NCBI GenBank assembly: GCA_017654855.1
Contig: CM030335.1
Location: 2,976,001 to 3,040,000 of the forward strand
Origin: Podospora anserina
Lineage: Eukaryota
Reading direction: 5' to 3'
Length of the DNA: 64,000 bases
Shown here: positions 27,301 to 39,033 of the stretch, in pieces
How positions within the stretch are numbered: position 1 is the first letter of the stretch
Layout: each line of letters opens with the position of its first letter
Made by a program: the position numbers and the translations under genes
The notes under the pieces: model-generated
What the model was told of the DNA's origin: nothing
Seen by the model: the letters and a program-made list of their open reading frames with translations, nothing else
Database searches by the model: none

Positions 27301-28958
27301 TACTGCCAGTACCCCATATTGAAGTCCGTCGCAATAATGGCCAGCTAGCGCTGTTACCTTCAGCACTTACCTTCTGGGAGAGCTTGGGTCTTGGTCCAGC
27401 GCAAGGTGCCAAAGATGTTGTCGCTGTGTGCGTGTTTCCACACGGAGAAGGCATGCGGGACAATGCTACCGTCTTCTTGGAGAGGATGAGAAGCATGTAC
27501 GAGTTGATGAATTTTGGAAGTCATGCCAAGCTGCCCACGACGGCGAGTATTGTGGACGGGCTTGTCTCTGTCCCAATCGATCAGGGGTTTGTCTCTCCCG
27601 GTATGCATCTTTCCAGGCCTCACTCAATCTACACCGACCACATGGCCAACTTAGCCCTATCACTCGCCAACGTGCCTATGACGGAGAAGAACTTTGTCGT
27701 GTATTTCGCATACAACCCGGAAAACCCGACGTCCATCGTGGATTCCTGCTGCGCCTTCCAGGAGTTATTTGAACATTACAAACGCTGCATGCTAGAGAGG
27801 AAAAAGCAGATCCTCAACGAACTCGTCCTCCAACTCATCCCGCTCGACCTCATTGCGTCGGATACCTCGATGGTTGTCTTGCCAACGCCAGAGTGCATGC
27901 GCCTCTGCATCGAAACCTACGACCGCTGCACTCTATTCGGTGGCCCCATGCCCGCCCCGGCAATCATCCTCGAGAGCGCCCTGCCCAGGGAAGTCCCCTT
28001 TCGAATATCCCCCACCCCGTCCCCGGACGTCCTCCACGAAAACAGCCACATGCATGTCGCCTACGCGCAAAGCACAGACGAGCGCTGGGTGACGGCAGCG
28101 TGGACCGACCCCCGCGGCCAAAAGCAAATGACGGCCTCGTACTGCCTAGGCCGAAGGAACAAACCGCTAACCCGCCACATCAGCGAGGTGATATCCGAAA
28201 TCTGGGAAACGACCTATGACCTCATCTCGTCGTGTAAAGTCTCGTGGAAAATCATCGTCACCAAGTCAGGCGTGATGGAACCCCAGGAAGCGGACTTGTG
28301 GATCGCAAAAAGTCAGGACGAGCACAGGGTTGTGACGAGCTTGACGCTCGTGGTGGTGGATGCGAACCCGAGCTTGCAGCTTGTGCCGCCGGTGGTGAGG
28401 GTGCCGCCTGCTGGGGTGCATGCCGCGTTTTATACCACGCCTGTGTCGACGCCGCAGCCGTTTTCGGTGCTGTCGCCTGAACAGGGGAACAATAACCCGT
28501 CTACGCCGACGGTTGTGAGTAGTAGTCATAATAACCCGGCGACGCCGAATGATAATACCAATAATGATGGTGGGCAGGGGGGGGATGGGAATGGGGTCGA
28601 GAGGACGGTGGTTGATGTTTGGGATAGTGTTTACTCTGTTGTTGTCGCGCATAGGCTGAGCAATAGTCTGGGTTTGACCGAGATTAATCCTGCTTGGGCG
28701 AGCGGGTATTTGGTGAGGAGGAATGCGAGTAGGGGGGAGGATGTGCCTGGGGTGATGGAGGTGGGGTTGGTGTGGTGTGAACAGGTGAATGCCAGGGGGG
28801 TTGGGTATGAGGGGGTGCTGAGGGAGGTGATGGGGGAGTTTAGGGGGTTGGGGACGTTGGCGAGGGCGAGGGGGTGTATGACGGAGGAGAGGGATCTCAG
28901 GCCTTGGCATGTGGGTGTTGTTGAACGGGGGTGTAGGGTGTTGGGGTTGTTGATGTGA
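24373..28958 (+). CDS. SSN2: Mediator kinase-module subunit Med13; exons 24373-24411, 24477-28958
   Basis: ~1500 aa; YPTPPD, ELTDADFSFFD, FWESLGLGP..G.KDV, HVAYAQSTDERWVTAAWTD, PWH near the C-terminus; GTAAGA...GCTAAC...TAG intron. Confidence 0.93.
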
Positions 28959-29415
28959 TTTTTTTATTTTTTATTTTTTATTTTTGGAAAGGGGTGGGGG
29001 GTGGGGGGGGGTGGGAACGAATCGAATGAAAGTGTAGATATGTTTTGTATGGAGCGGACACTTTTTCCCTCATGTTTTGAAATGGCGGGGGTATGGATAT
29101 GAGTTTTTGTAATTTGTTTTTCTCTGTTCATGAGATGCTAGGGGTTACGGGACAAAGTGTGCGTGCATTGTTTGTTTTGTCTTTTTTGTCTAGCGAGAGA
29201 GAAAGAGGGGGGTAGATGTGTTGGAATGCATGAATGGATACCATGTGTAGGATATATAGCCTACAATTTGTCTATAACAATGAATAAGTGGACAGCATTG
29301 GTTCAGAGTGTCTATTCCCTACCCTCTACGGGTACCCATCTATCAAACGCCCTTGCTTTCTATCTCGAAACAAGAAAAATGCCCACCCATCTATCCCAAA
29401 TACTGACATCACCCC

Positions 29416-30456
29416 TTAATTCTCCCAAAAACCCGGAAACAAAAATTCGACCCTCTTCATCGCCTCGGAATCCCTCCCCTCAGGCTTGGTCATAAACTTG
29501 ACCGCCCCCTGCGCGCTCCCCTCCCAGTGCTTCGCCAGCACCAAAGCGCTATTCTCCTGCTTGCACAGCTCATCCAGCACCGCACCAACAAGATGCTTGG
29601 CGTTCTCGCTGTTGGCGGCCATATACTTCATCACCATGGCCACATCCACATCCTCCCCCTCGGTGTTCCTCCAGCAGTCGTAATCAGTAGCCATGCAGAT
29701 CATCTGATAGGCCAGCTCGGCCTCCCTCGCGAGCTTGGCCTCGGGAAGCGCGCTCATGTTGATGACGGAACCGCCCCAGGAGCGGTACATGTTGCTCTCG
29801 GCCCTGGTGCTGAACTGGGGGCCCTCCATGCAGACGACCGTCCCCTCCTTGTGGAGAACCACCCCGTCGCCCTTCATGGCCGCGGCGCACTTCTGGACGA
29901 TTGCCGAGAGCTTCGCGTCGAAGGGGTCGGCGAAGCCGACGTGGCCGACTACGCCGCCTTCGAAAAAGGTAAAGGGACGGATGCCCTTGGTGCGGTCGAT
30001 GATTTGGTCGGGGACGACAAAATCCATGGGCTTGATGTGCTCTTGGAGGGAGCCGACGGCGGAGAAGGCGATGATGGAGCGGACGCCGAGGGAGCGGAGG
30101 GCGGCGATGTTGGCACGGGCGGGGACCTCGTGGGGGGCGATTTGGTGGTGGGCGCCGTGGCGGGCGAGGAAGGCGATGGGGACGCCCGAGTGCTCGATGA
30201 TGAGGATGGGGGAGGAGGGGGCGCCCCAGGGGGTAGTGGGGGTTACGGAGGCGATGGGGACGAAGCCTGGGATTTGGGAGAGGCCGGTTCCGCCGATAAC
30301 GGCGATGTGGACGGGCCCTGGGGGGAGGTGGTTATGTTAGTGATTATCATGCCATAAGAGGTCTATAAGGGGGGGGATTGGACGAGGCGCATCGTCTGTC
30401 GCATTGGAGGGAGGGTACATACGGTCAAAGGTGGTGGGGAGGGCCGAGACGGTCAT
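29416..30456 (-). CDS. MEU1: S-methyl-5'-thioadenosine phosphorylase; exons 30456-30423, 30317-29416
   Basis: IAVIGGTG, FLARHG, VVPDQIIDRT, MEGPQFSTRAES, INMSALPEAKLARE, ATDYDCW. Confidence 0.96.
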
Positions 30457-30957
30457 GATGGGCGGATAGGGGCGATTGGGCAATGGGTAGATAATCTGGG
30501 AAAATGAAGAGAGTTAAGGGAACAAAACCACAACGCTTCCAAGTGCAAAACAAGAATGCGCGCGAGATATCTGGTATTTGTAAGACCACCACTGAGCCGA
30601 AGACACCCTGCCTGCTCTGACAATTTATGGCGGGGCTCTCGATGCGAATTTTACCCCGCCGTTGGAGAGACGTTGCGGTCGACGGGGATTCGACAGGGGT
30701 TATTATGTGACGCTAGACTCGGAGGGGTTTAGCGCAGAAGGTCGATTTCGAGCAACGGCCAAAGGTTGGGTGGTTGATCGACTCTCTTTAACTTTGATCT
30801 CATATTAAAGTTTGTCAGCTTGTTCCCTTTCTTTACCTTCATCGGTTCAACGTGGTGCTACTGTACGTGTACGGCTAGGGTCAAACCATCGATTCAATCA
30901 AGTTTCACAAGCTTCAAAAAACTGTTGCCTCGACTGGGCCATCCATCTCCATCAACC

Positions 30958-33900
30958 ATGACAGGAGCCGAGGCCGCAAACATTGCGGCAAACTCACCAC
31001 CACCACCACCACCACCACCTCTCGAGCTCGAACCATTACCTAGAAACAGTAATGGACGCCGGCCACTCAGCATCGAGGAGGTGTGCTTCACCTCGGCCAT
31101 GACCTGCTTCGAGGGGTTGCTAAAGCTGGACCCCGCCATCGGCACAAGAACCATGTTCTATGTCACCAAGTTCATTTCACGGACTCTGGAAAAAACACAT
31201 GCCCTCAAGGATGTCAGGGAAAATTTGTCAAAAAGCGTCGAGGTCTGGATATGGTTAACCAGAGACTTTGCCGCTGCCATCCCCAGTTTAACAACCCGTT
31301 CCATCGGACCTCTGGCCAGCTTGAATGATCCAGACAAGGGCGTCACGGCTCAGGAGAGCACAAGTTTGATCACCAAAAATTACCAATCTTTGAGGGACGA
31401 TCTTCAGCTGTTGATCAAGTTGATGCACATTGCTAGAAACCTCCTGGTTGTGCCCGAGCCTGAGATCCCCCAAGATTTATGTGCTGCGGCCCAGTTCGAC
31501 CAGATGCTCTACCAAACCATCATTCTTTGTGTTAATGTCACAAGTAAGGCTTACGACGGCGATATTCTGGAAGAGGGTGCCAGGCTGAAATTGAGCGAGA
31601 TCACCGAGCTGTGTAAGGCCTCTAACCCCAAGTCCTGTAGCTACGGATACCATCACTAACTCCAAAGACAGATAAGAAACTGCTGGTTACGTGTCTTCAA
31701 CAAGCCCACAACTGGATTGCCAAAAATGACAGAAACAAAATGTCGTTCTGGTCGACTGTTCTTTTCGACGAGGACGCCATGGAAGATAGCAGCCTGTATG
31801 GAGAGGGAGAGTTCCGGCCTGATGTCGCCAAAACGGAGGTGCAAAACTGGTATGAGCGCAATTCCGAGTTTTGTCCCAAAGCTCGCCAGCTCCTCGTTGA
31901 ATACGAGGAGACGGTGGCACGTCATGGCATTCCTCCAGGACATTTACCATGCATCTCACCACTGGCCTGGAACTGGCTGCCAGAAGGCTCGGTGAGGGCC
32001 CGTGCGGACAAGGCAGCAGACAACACCAAGATCACGCCGCAATGGGTAGAGGACGAGCCCGACAAGTTCACCCAAGACCAGCGTTATGGACGCGTGTCAC
32101 GAGAGGTGGATGTCTGGTGGCTCAAGATCCGCGATCCCAACTACGAAAGCTGGGTGGTTCCGATGCCGACGGTCGAGTTTGCCCAGCAGAGAACAGAAAA
32201 CTGCAAGGCCAATCTCGTCAACCGGTACGCGCATGCCTACAGGACAGAAGAGCACGAGGTTGAGGACTCGGTGCACTCTGCTGAAGGAAACGCACCACCT
32301 GAGGGATCGGGAGAGCAAGATGCCAAGGAGGGTGGCCATTACGCTCATGACTATAATGACGACATGATCGAAGAGGAAGACATTGACGATGACGAGTCCT
32401 ACGGGGAAGGTCCCATGAGTGGCCTCCTCACCGAGGTGCCCAACATTTTGGATCCCAAGCAGATCGAAGCCCTCCACATGATTGTCAAGTCGTGTATTCT
32501 CGACAACGCCGGTCTCGCACTTAGTAACGCGGGGGAAAATCTGCAAAAGACCAGGTGCAGAATGTTTCTTGCGCTGGAATGCGGACGGAGTTTGCTTCGG
32601 GAAATACTCGTCTTCATTGCCGTGTGGGAGAAGTCGGAGCAATCACTCATTTTCCAGCTCACGACGCAGATTGTGGAGGCGATTCACCATAGTGCCCTGA
32701 TCCCCTACGCCTGGCAGTCGTTGAGAATACCAAAGGATATAATCTCACCCGCTCAGACAGTCTTGCTGCGGCTGGTCAATAACATGTTCCGGGCTCGGAA
32801 TGCCGATCCACCAAAGGCAGAGTCGAAGGAGCATCTTCGAGATGTCAAACTTTTGCATTTCCTGTTTATTCAGTTCCGGAGTCGGATTGTACCCGAGTGC
32901 GCTGCCTTGATGCATCTTCAGGCGCAGATCAGGAACGAGTTGTGTGATCCGTCGGATTTCCCCGTCGACAGCTGGGATATGGAGCGTGCAAAGGATGGGC
33001 TGACGCAATTTTTGGAACTCTTGTCAACGGTCAATGAGCTGCAGGAGACGAGGCATTATCTTATCGAGTGGGAGGCGGCTTACGAGCTGATCGTGTTGCT
33101 CAAGGGGCTTGAGGCCGGTGTAGAAAAGGCAACCATGGTTCAGCCAGTGCCTGCCCGTTCTGCCCAACGCCAGCAGAACGATACCCCCGACCATGACGAT
33201 CACGGTTACGACTCGGAGGACCACCCTCTCGCTCCCCCCCCCCCGCTTCAGGAGCCAGCACACAAGTTCCCCTGGGCTGGCATAAAAGGCCAGATCCTCC
33301 ATATTCTGGCCGGTTTGCTCCAACCACCCAACGGGCGAAACGGTCCCGGCAACCCGGAGGTCCAAGACCAAATCCTCCGCCACAACGGTCTCGTCCCCCT
33401 ACTCAACTGCTGCGTCTACGACGACCACAACCGGTTCGCGAGAGAGCGGGTTCAGATCTGTCTCAAGTGGTTGATGGACGGCTCCAACGCGGCTAACAAA
33501 TTCCTGAGGGATCTGGTGGCCATGAACCCCCAGCCTAGCCCACAACAACTCGCGCAACAGGCGGCTCAACAGGGTCTTAGGGTAGACGGTCTGCCATCAG
33601 ATGTTAGAGTTCGCACCCGGGGGGCGCAAGATGAAGCCGCTCCTCCTCCGAGACCTAACCTGAGCGCTGTCCACGCCCCCTCAAGCAGGTCCCTGCCTCC
33701 CCTGGTAGCGACGAATGCTGGGCCGGGGAATCCAGGGGGCCCTCCTCCTCCGCCGCCACCGGGACATGTACCTGTCACGGCGGTGTTGGAGGTGGAGGTG
33801 GATGAGAATGGGGAGATTGATAGGGATACGCTGAAGGAACATATACTGCCTCCGATCAGGGGGGGTGGTGGTCAACAAGGGGAGAGGAATAGGTCAGAGG

Positions 33901-34172
33901 AGTTGTTGAGGAATATTATGACTTTGGCGGATGAGCAGGCTGCTGCTGCTGCTGTTGCGGCGGGGGCGGGGGTGGGGGTGGTGGAAGGCGGAGTGATGGG
34001 GGGAAATAATAATACTCATCCGAGGAATCGGTCGGAGGAGTTGTTGAGGGATATTATCACGTTGGCGGATGAGGCGGCGAGGTTGGCGATGAATAGTCGG
34101 CCTGGGGGGGGTGGGGAGGGGGATGAGACGGAGGAGGAGGAGGAGGAGGTGGAGGAGGAGGAGTTTATGTGA
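30958..34172 (+). CDS. Ataxin-10/Ctr86-like armadillo-type protein; exons 30958-31612, 31672-34172
   Basis: GTAAGG...CTAAC...CAG intron joins the frames; VQDQILRHNGLVPLLNCCVYDDHNRFARERVQICLKWL resembles the ataxin-10 domain. Confidence 0.75.
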
Positions 34173-34521
34173 AGCCGTCTGAAAAGGCAGATATAGATTA
34201 TACCGGTAAATAGAAAACGAACATTGGGGCCGGACGGAGTTGGAAGGGTTAAAAGCATTGCAGGCGTCTGTTTTTCTCGCGGATTTTAGAGAGTATCAAA
34301 TGTCGGAAGGGTGATTACATCCGCGCAGTCTATATCAGGGTGATAATATCGCGCGGACCATGCCCGTCTGTCTCTGGAATCACGCGCTTATCCCTACCTG
34401 TCTGGTCGAGCCAGGTAAGCACCATGAATCTGCTACATATCTACCCCGCGGCATCTTGGTACCTTTGTTCAGACGACATTTCCAATTCACCTACACAGTC
34501 AGCCAGCAACAACAACGCAAC

Positions 34522-36354
34522 ATGGACGAAGCTGCGCCTCCATCCAAAAAGGCGGCGAAAAAGGCCGAAGCCAAGGCCAGAAAGGAGGCATTGAAGGCAC
34601 AGCGCGCCGAAGCACGCCAGGCACCTTCCTCTGCTGTCGAACTTGATGACCCTGCCAAGGGCTTTTATGGACAAGCTCCTACCGCGCCCATCGTCTTTTC
34701 GTCCAGTGCCGAAGACATCAGTCTTCGGAACTTTAGCAATGGAAATGTAGAAGGCAAAACTATCATTCTCAGAGCATGGCTCCAAACCTCCCGGACTCAG
34801 AGTGCCAAGATGGCCTTTGTTGAACTACGGGAAGAAGGCAACTGGTATGTGATGGCAGATCACCATCCTTCTCTTCAGTGTCCATAACCTAACTTTCTTC
34901 CATTGAATCAGGACGATCCAGGGTGTCGTGACGGCCACATCGGAGCCCCCCGAGCAGGAGTCACCCATCGTCAGCCGACCGATGGTGAGGTGGATCGCTG
35001 GAATCAACCCTGAGAGCTTCGTGGTGGTTGAGGCCGAGGTACAGCGACCGATCGAACCTGTCAAGCGCTGCCGGGTGTCGAACTTTGAGCTTCGGATCAC
35101 AAGATGCTATTTGCTGGCACCAGCACCGGCTATTCTGGGCACGACACTGGCCACCGCCAACCGACCAGTTGTTGACTTAAATGATGAAGCTATCGGGGCC
35201 AAAGCTGGTGTCAGAGAGGAAGAAGAGACCGATAAGGAGGGGCCCCCAGCCGCAAGTATGCTTGTGCATTTGGACAATATCGCCATGCGCAAACGAGCTC
35301 CGGTTCAACAGGCCATTGCGGTAAGGTCGTATCAGTTCTCTGCACAGTGATCTTCTTGTTACTAAACCAGTCTTTTTTCTGCCAGGACATCCGCATGGAA
35401 ATGAAACATCTGTTTCGGTCGTACCTCAAGGCTCGGGGTTTCAAGGAATTCGAACCACCCTCTCTGATTGGCGCAGCATCTGAAGGTGGCAGCAATTTTT
35501 TCCGTATGCCGTACTTTTCCCAGGAGGCCTTCCTTGCTCAGTCGCCGCAGTTCTACAAACAATTCGAGATTGCTGGGGGGAGAAAACGCGTGTTCAGCAT
35601 CGCACCAGTTTTCCGCGCCGAGAATTCCAACACTCCCCGTCACATGACTGAATTTACGGGCCTCGATCTCGAAATGGAAATTCGTAAAGACTACAGCGAG
35701 GTTCTCTATCTTCTGGAAGGGGTTCTTCTTTATATATTCCGCCAAGTCCACCGGATTTTCAAGGACGAGATTGAACTCGTCCGCTCCGTCTACCCGTCTA
35801 GCGAGATACTTTTGCCCGAACCTGGCCAGGAGGTTCGCCTAATGTTTACACAGGCTCAACAACTTCTTCGCGAGGAAGGGCCGGCGGAGTTCCGTCATGT
35901 GCGCGATGACGAGGATATGAGTACACCACAGGAGAAGGCACTCGGCGCCTTGGTGAGGCAGAAGTTCAATACGGACTTTTACGTCGTCGACAAGTTTCCC
36001 GAAACTGCCAGGCCGTTCTACGCAAAGCTGGACGACACGGCAGCGGCAGGCTCAGCTGAAGGTGCTGTCAATGTCACGAATGCGTTCGACATGTTTCTGC
36101 GAGGACAGGAAATCCTCTCTGGTGGGCAGCGCATCAACCATCCGGACGAGCTGGAGGCCCGCATCAGGGCTAAAGGTATTGATCCCGCGAGTCCTGGTAT
36201 CGATGGTTATGTTCAGGTGTTCCGCCAGGTTGGTGTGCCGCCCCATGGCGGTGGCGGTATTGGCCTTGACCGCATCGTTGCGTGGTACCTGGGCCTTCCG
36301 AGCGTTCACCTCGCGGCTTACTATCCGAGGACTCCGCGAAGACTGTTGCCGTGA
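34522..36354 (+). CDS. Cytosolic-type aspartyl-tRNA synthetase, probably a divergent paralogue; exons 34522-34844, 34912-35320, 35386-36354
   Basis: OB-fold N-terminus, ASEGG, LAQSPQFYKQ, PVFRAENSNTPRHMTEF (motif 2), EILSGGQR, PPHGGGGIGLDR (motif 3), PRTPRRLLP end. Confidence 0.9.
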
Positions 36355-37164
36355 AGGGCTGGCCAAAAGTGGGATATTTTGTTTTGTGGTCTAGATTTGA
36401 AAATATTGAGCCAATGGTGTTCCTAAGCCATCGATCCAAAGCCAGTGTTTCATCTACAGGCTTGCCAGGTCAAAGATGAGGTATGACCCAAGACCGACAA
36501 TATATGTGCTCGAATATGATCAAATGTCATTGTTGTGCTTCTGATATGATTTCTGGGATGCAAAGCGGCCATCAGCCACCTCTCAGCAAAAGTCTCGGTC
36601 CAGACCAGACCAATTCACTTATCACCCTGCACATCAGCCATCATCACCACTCGAGGTTGATGTACACGCTACGAAAGAAATCACTGAGCCCAGAGCAGAG
36701 TCCAGGAAATAACCGACAGCGAAGGCGAAAGGCAACGCCGGAAGCTGCCCTGGAAATTTGGCGGCGGTGGGGGTTCAAAATGAGGGGTGACGTTGACCTG
36801 GCCGGACTTTGTTCCGCTGTCTCGTGGGTTGGGGTAGGCGCGCCCTTGAACTAACAAAACCCGATTTGTCAGACCGCGCCATGCCTTCCAGCTTGGTACC
36901 ACAGCAGCTTACCAAATGCAACAAAGTCAGAAGGATTCATACAAAATCAGACAGGTAGCTGCCTAAATTATTGAACTCGATCCATATCTATCTCATGATC
37001 ATTCAACATATATGTTGTTTTATTCTTTCAGGCTGTTTTGCTTGACCACCTCCTCTTGCATCGTGCCAACCATACTAGGACTCTCCCCTGAACCCTTAGC
37101 TTTCGATTTCCTGAACAAAGCTGGAATCGTCGCAGGCACCTCGAGTTTTGAATATCTCATCAGA

Positions 37165-39033
37165 ATGGCGACGCTCCACGAACAAGTCAAGGGTTGGCAT
37201 GAAGGCGAGCGAGCAATCCATACGCTACTCAAGGTGCCTACCTCGAGCAGAGAGAATCCTACCAATGTTGGCCTTTCCTGGTCTCATGGCGACCGAGTCA
37301 GCGCTTCACCCCTTGTTGCCATTGGGACAGTAGATGAGCAAGGTCGTCCGTGGACTTCCATCTGGGGTGGTGAGCGCAACTTTGCACGACAGATCAGCCA
37401 TGACAGGCTTGCTATGGCAAGTCTTGTCGACAAATGCCACGACCCCGTCGTCAAATCGCTCGGCTTAGATCGTCTTGCGGATGGTGAAGTGGGCCAGACA
37501 TCTGGAGACAAAGCTATCAGTGCTTTGAGTATTGATCTGGAGTCTCGAGATCGGGTCAAGTTGGCTGGGAAGGTGGTTGTTGGGGCACTTGTAGGAAGGC
37601 CGAATGACGAGGCTGTCACCCAAGTGCAGCTTGCTTTCCAAGTCGAAGAGAGCCTTGGAAATTGCCCTAAATATCTCAACAAAAAGGTCATCTGGGCTCA
37701 TCTTCCCTCCCCACAGCTAGTCTCATCATCACTCCCGTTACCTGAGGAGGCTATTTCGTTGCTTGCCAAAGCAGATCTATTCTTTCTGTCTTCCACCAAT
37801 GGCCAAACGATGGACACAAACCACCGAGGCGGTCCACCTGGCTTCATGAGAGTCATCAGCAACACCGATCCATCACCGGGAGGTGACAATGGTGCAGTGC
37901 TCATCTACCCCGAATACTCCGGCAACCGCCTCTATCAGACCCTCGGAAACCTCCACACCAACCCCCTGATCGGTCTCGCCATCCCCGATTTCGACACATC
38001 GGATGTCCTGTACCTAACAGGCACAACGGAACTTCTCGTCGGTGACACAGCAGCCGCCTACCTACCACACACAAAACTCGCAGTCAAAATCACAGTCCGC
38101 TCTGCCATTTTCGTCAAGGATGGCCTCCCTTTCCGAGGTACACCCGGTGAATTTAGCCCATATAACCCACCTCTTCGTAAACTCACCACCGAGGCCCCTG
38201 CTCCTCTGTCGGCCTCCAAACCAGCCGCCACAGCTACTCTTGTTGGCAAAACGTCATTGTCACCTACCATATCCCGCTTTACATTCTCTCTTGCCTTCAA
38301 CAACCCTAAGGAAAAGAGGCTGTGGAACCCAGGGCAGCACATCACCCTCGATTTTGGCGGCGAGCTGGACAATGGCTGGGCGCATATGAATAATTCTGAT
38401 CCGCAGTCACTCAACGATGACTATGTCCGGACCTTCACCATTTCTAACAGCCCTCCGTCCAACGCGGAACAGGAGATCAAGTTCGAAATCACGGCAAGAA
38501 AACATGGACCTGTCACGGGTTTTCTGTGGGGGTATCACATCTCCCCTCGTGCAGCACGTTTAGGAATCCCGGTGCTGGGGTTTGGGGGTGAGGAGAACTT
38601 CAGGCTGATAGGCACGGGAAAGGAGAAGCAGAAGGTGTTTGTAGCTGGCGGGGTAGGGATCACGCCTTTCTTGGGGCAGGTTCGTGAGATCGCGGCCACT
38701 GATCACGAGGTGGAATTGATATGGAGTTTAAGGGCCGACGACCTGCCATTTGCGAGGGACGTCCTGGGCAGGAACGAGGGTATCAAGCAAGTGAAGGTGA
38801 GACTTTTTCTCACTGGGGGCTGCGGTGAATCTGGGAAGGCGGAGATGGCGAAAATCAAGGGGTTGGAGGGGGTGAAGGTTGAGATGAGGAGGCTGACCAA
38901 GAAAGATGTTCAGGGGGACTGGTTTGATAAGGAGAGGAAAAAGTATTTCTTGTGTGCTGGGGTGGGGATGATGAAGGTTTTGAGGGGGTGGTTGGAGGGG
39001 GAGGAGGTTGTTAGTGAGAGTTTTGAGTATTGA
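37165..39033 (+). CDS. Oxidoreductase with tandem PNPOx-like split barrels and an FNR-type FAD/NAD-binding domain
   Basis: GWHEGE, GTVDEQGRPWTS, ESLGNCPKY, NHRGGPPGF, YPEYSGNRLYQTLGNL, RTFTIS, AGGVGITPF, C-terminal ESFEY. Confidence 0.88.
   Translation: MATLHEQVKGWHEGERAIHTLLKVPTSSRENPTNVGLSWSHGDRVSASPLVAIGTVDEQGRPWTSIWGGERNFARQISHDRLAMASLVDKCHDPVVKSLGLDRLADGEVGQTSGDKAISALSIDLESRDRVKLAGKVVVGALVGRPNDEAVTQVQLAFQVEESLGNCPKYLNKKVIWAHLPSPQLVSSSLPLPEEAISLLAKADLFFLSSTNGQTMDTNHRGGPPGFMRVISNTDPSPGGDNGAVLIYPEYSGNRLYQTLGNLHTNPLIGLAIPDFDTSDVLYLTGTTELLVGDTAAAYLPHTKLAVKITVRSAIFVKDGLPFRGTPGEFSPYNPPLRKLTTEAPAPLSASKPAATATLVGKTSLSPTISRFTFSLAFNNPKEKRLWNPGQHITLDFGGELDNGWAHMNNSDPQSLNDDYVRTFTISNSPPSNAEQEIKFEITARKHGPVTGFLWGYHISPRAARLGIPVLGFGGEENFRLIGTGKEKQKVFVAGGVGITPFLGQVREIAATDHEVELIWSLRADDLPFARDVLGRNEGIKQVKVRLFLTGGCGESGKAEMAKIKGLEGVKVEMRRLTKKDVQGDWFDKERKKYFLCAGVGMMKVLRGWLEGEEVVSESFEY

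Noticed and set aside
34522-36354. ErdS ergosteryl-aspartate synthase
   Set aside because: The protein ends at the normal AspRS C-terminus with no appended DUF2156 transferase domain.
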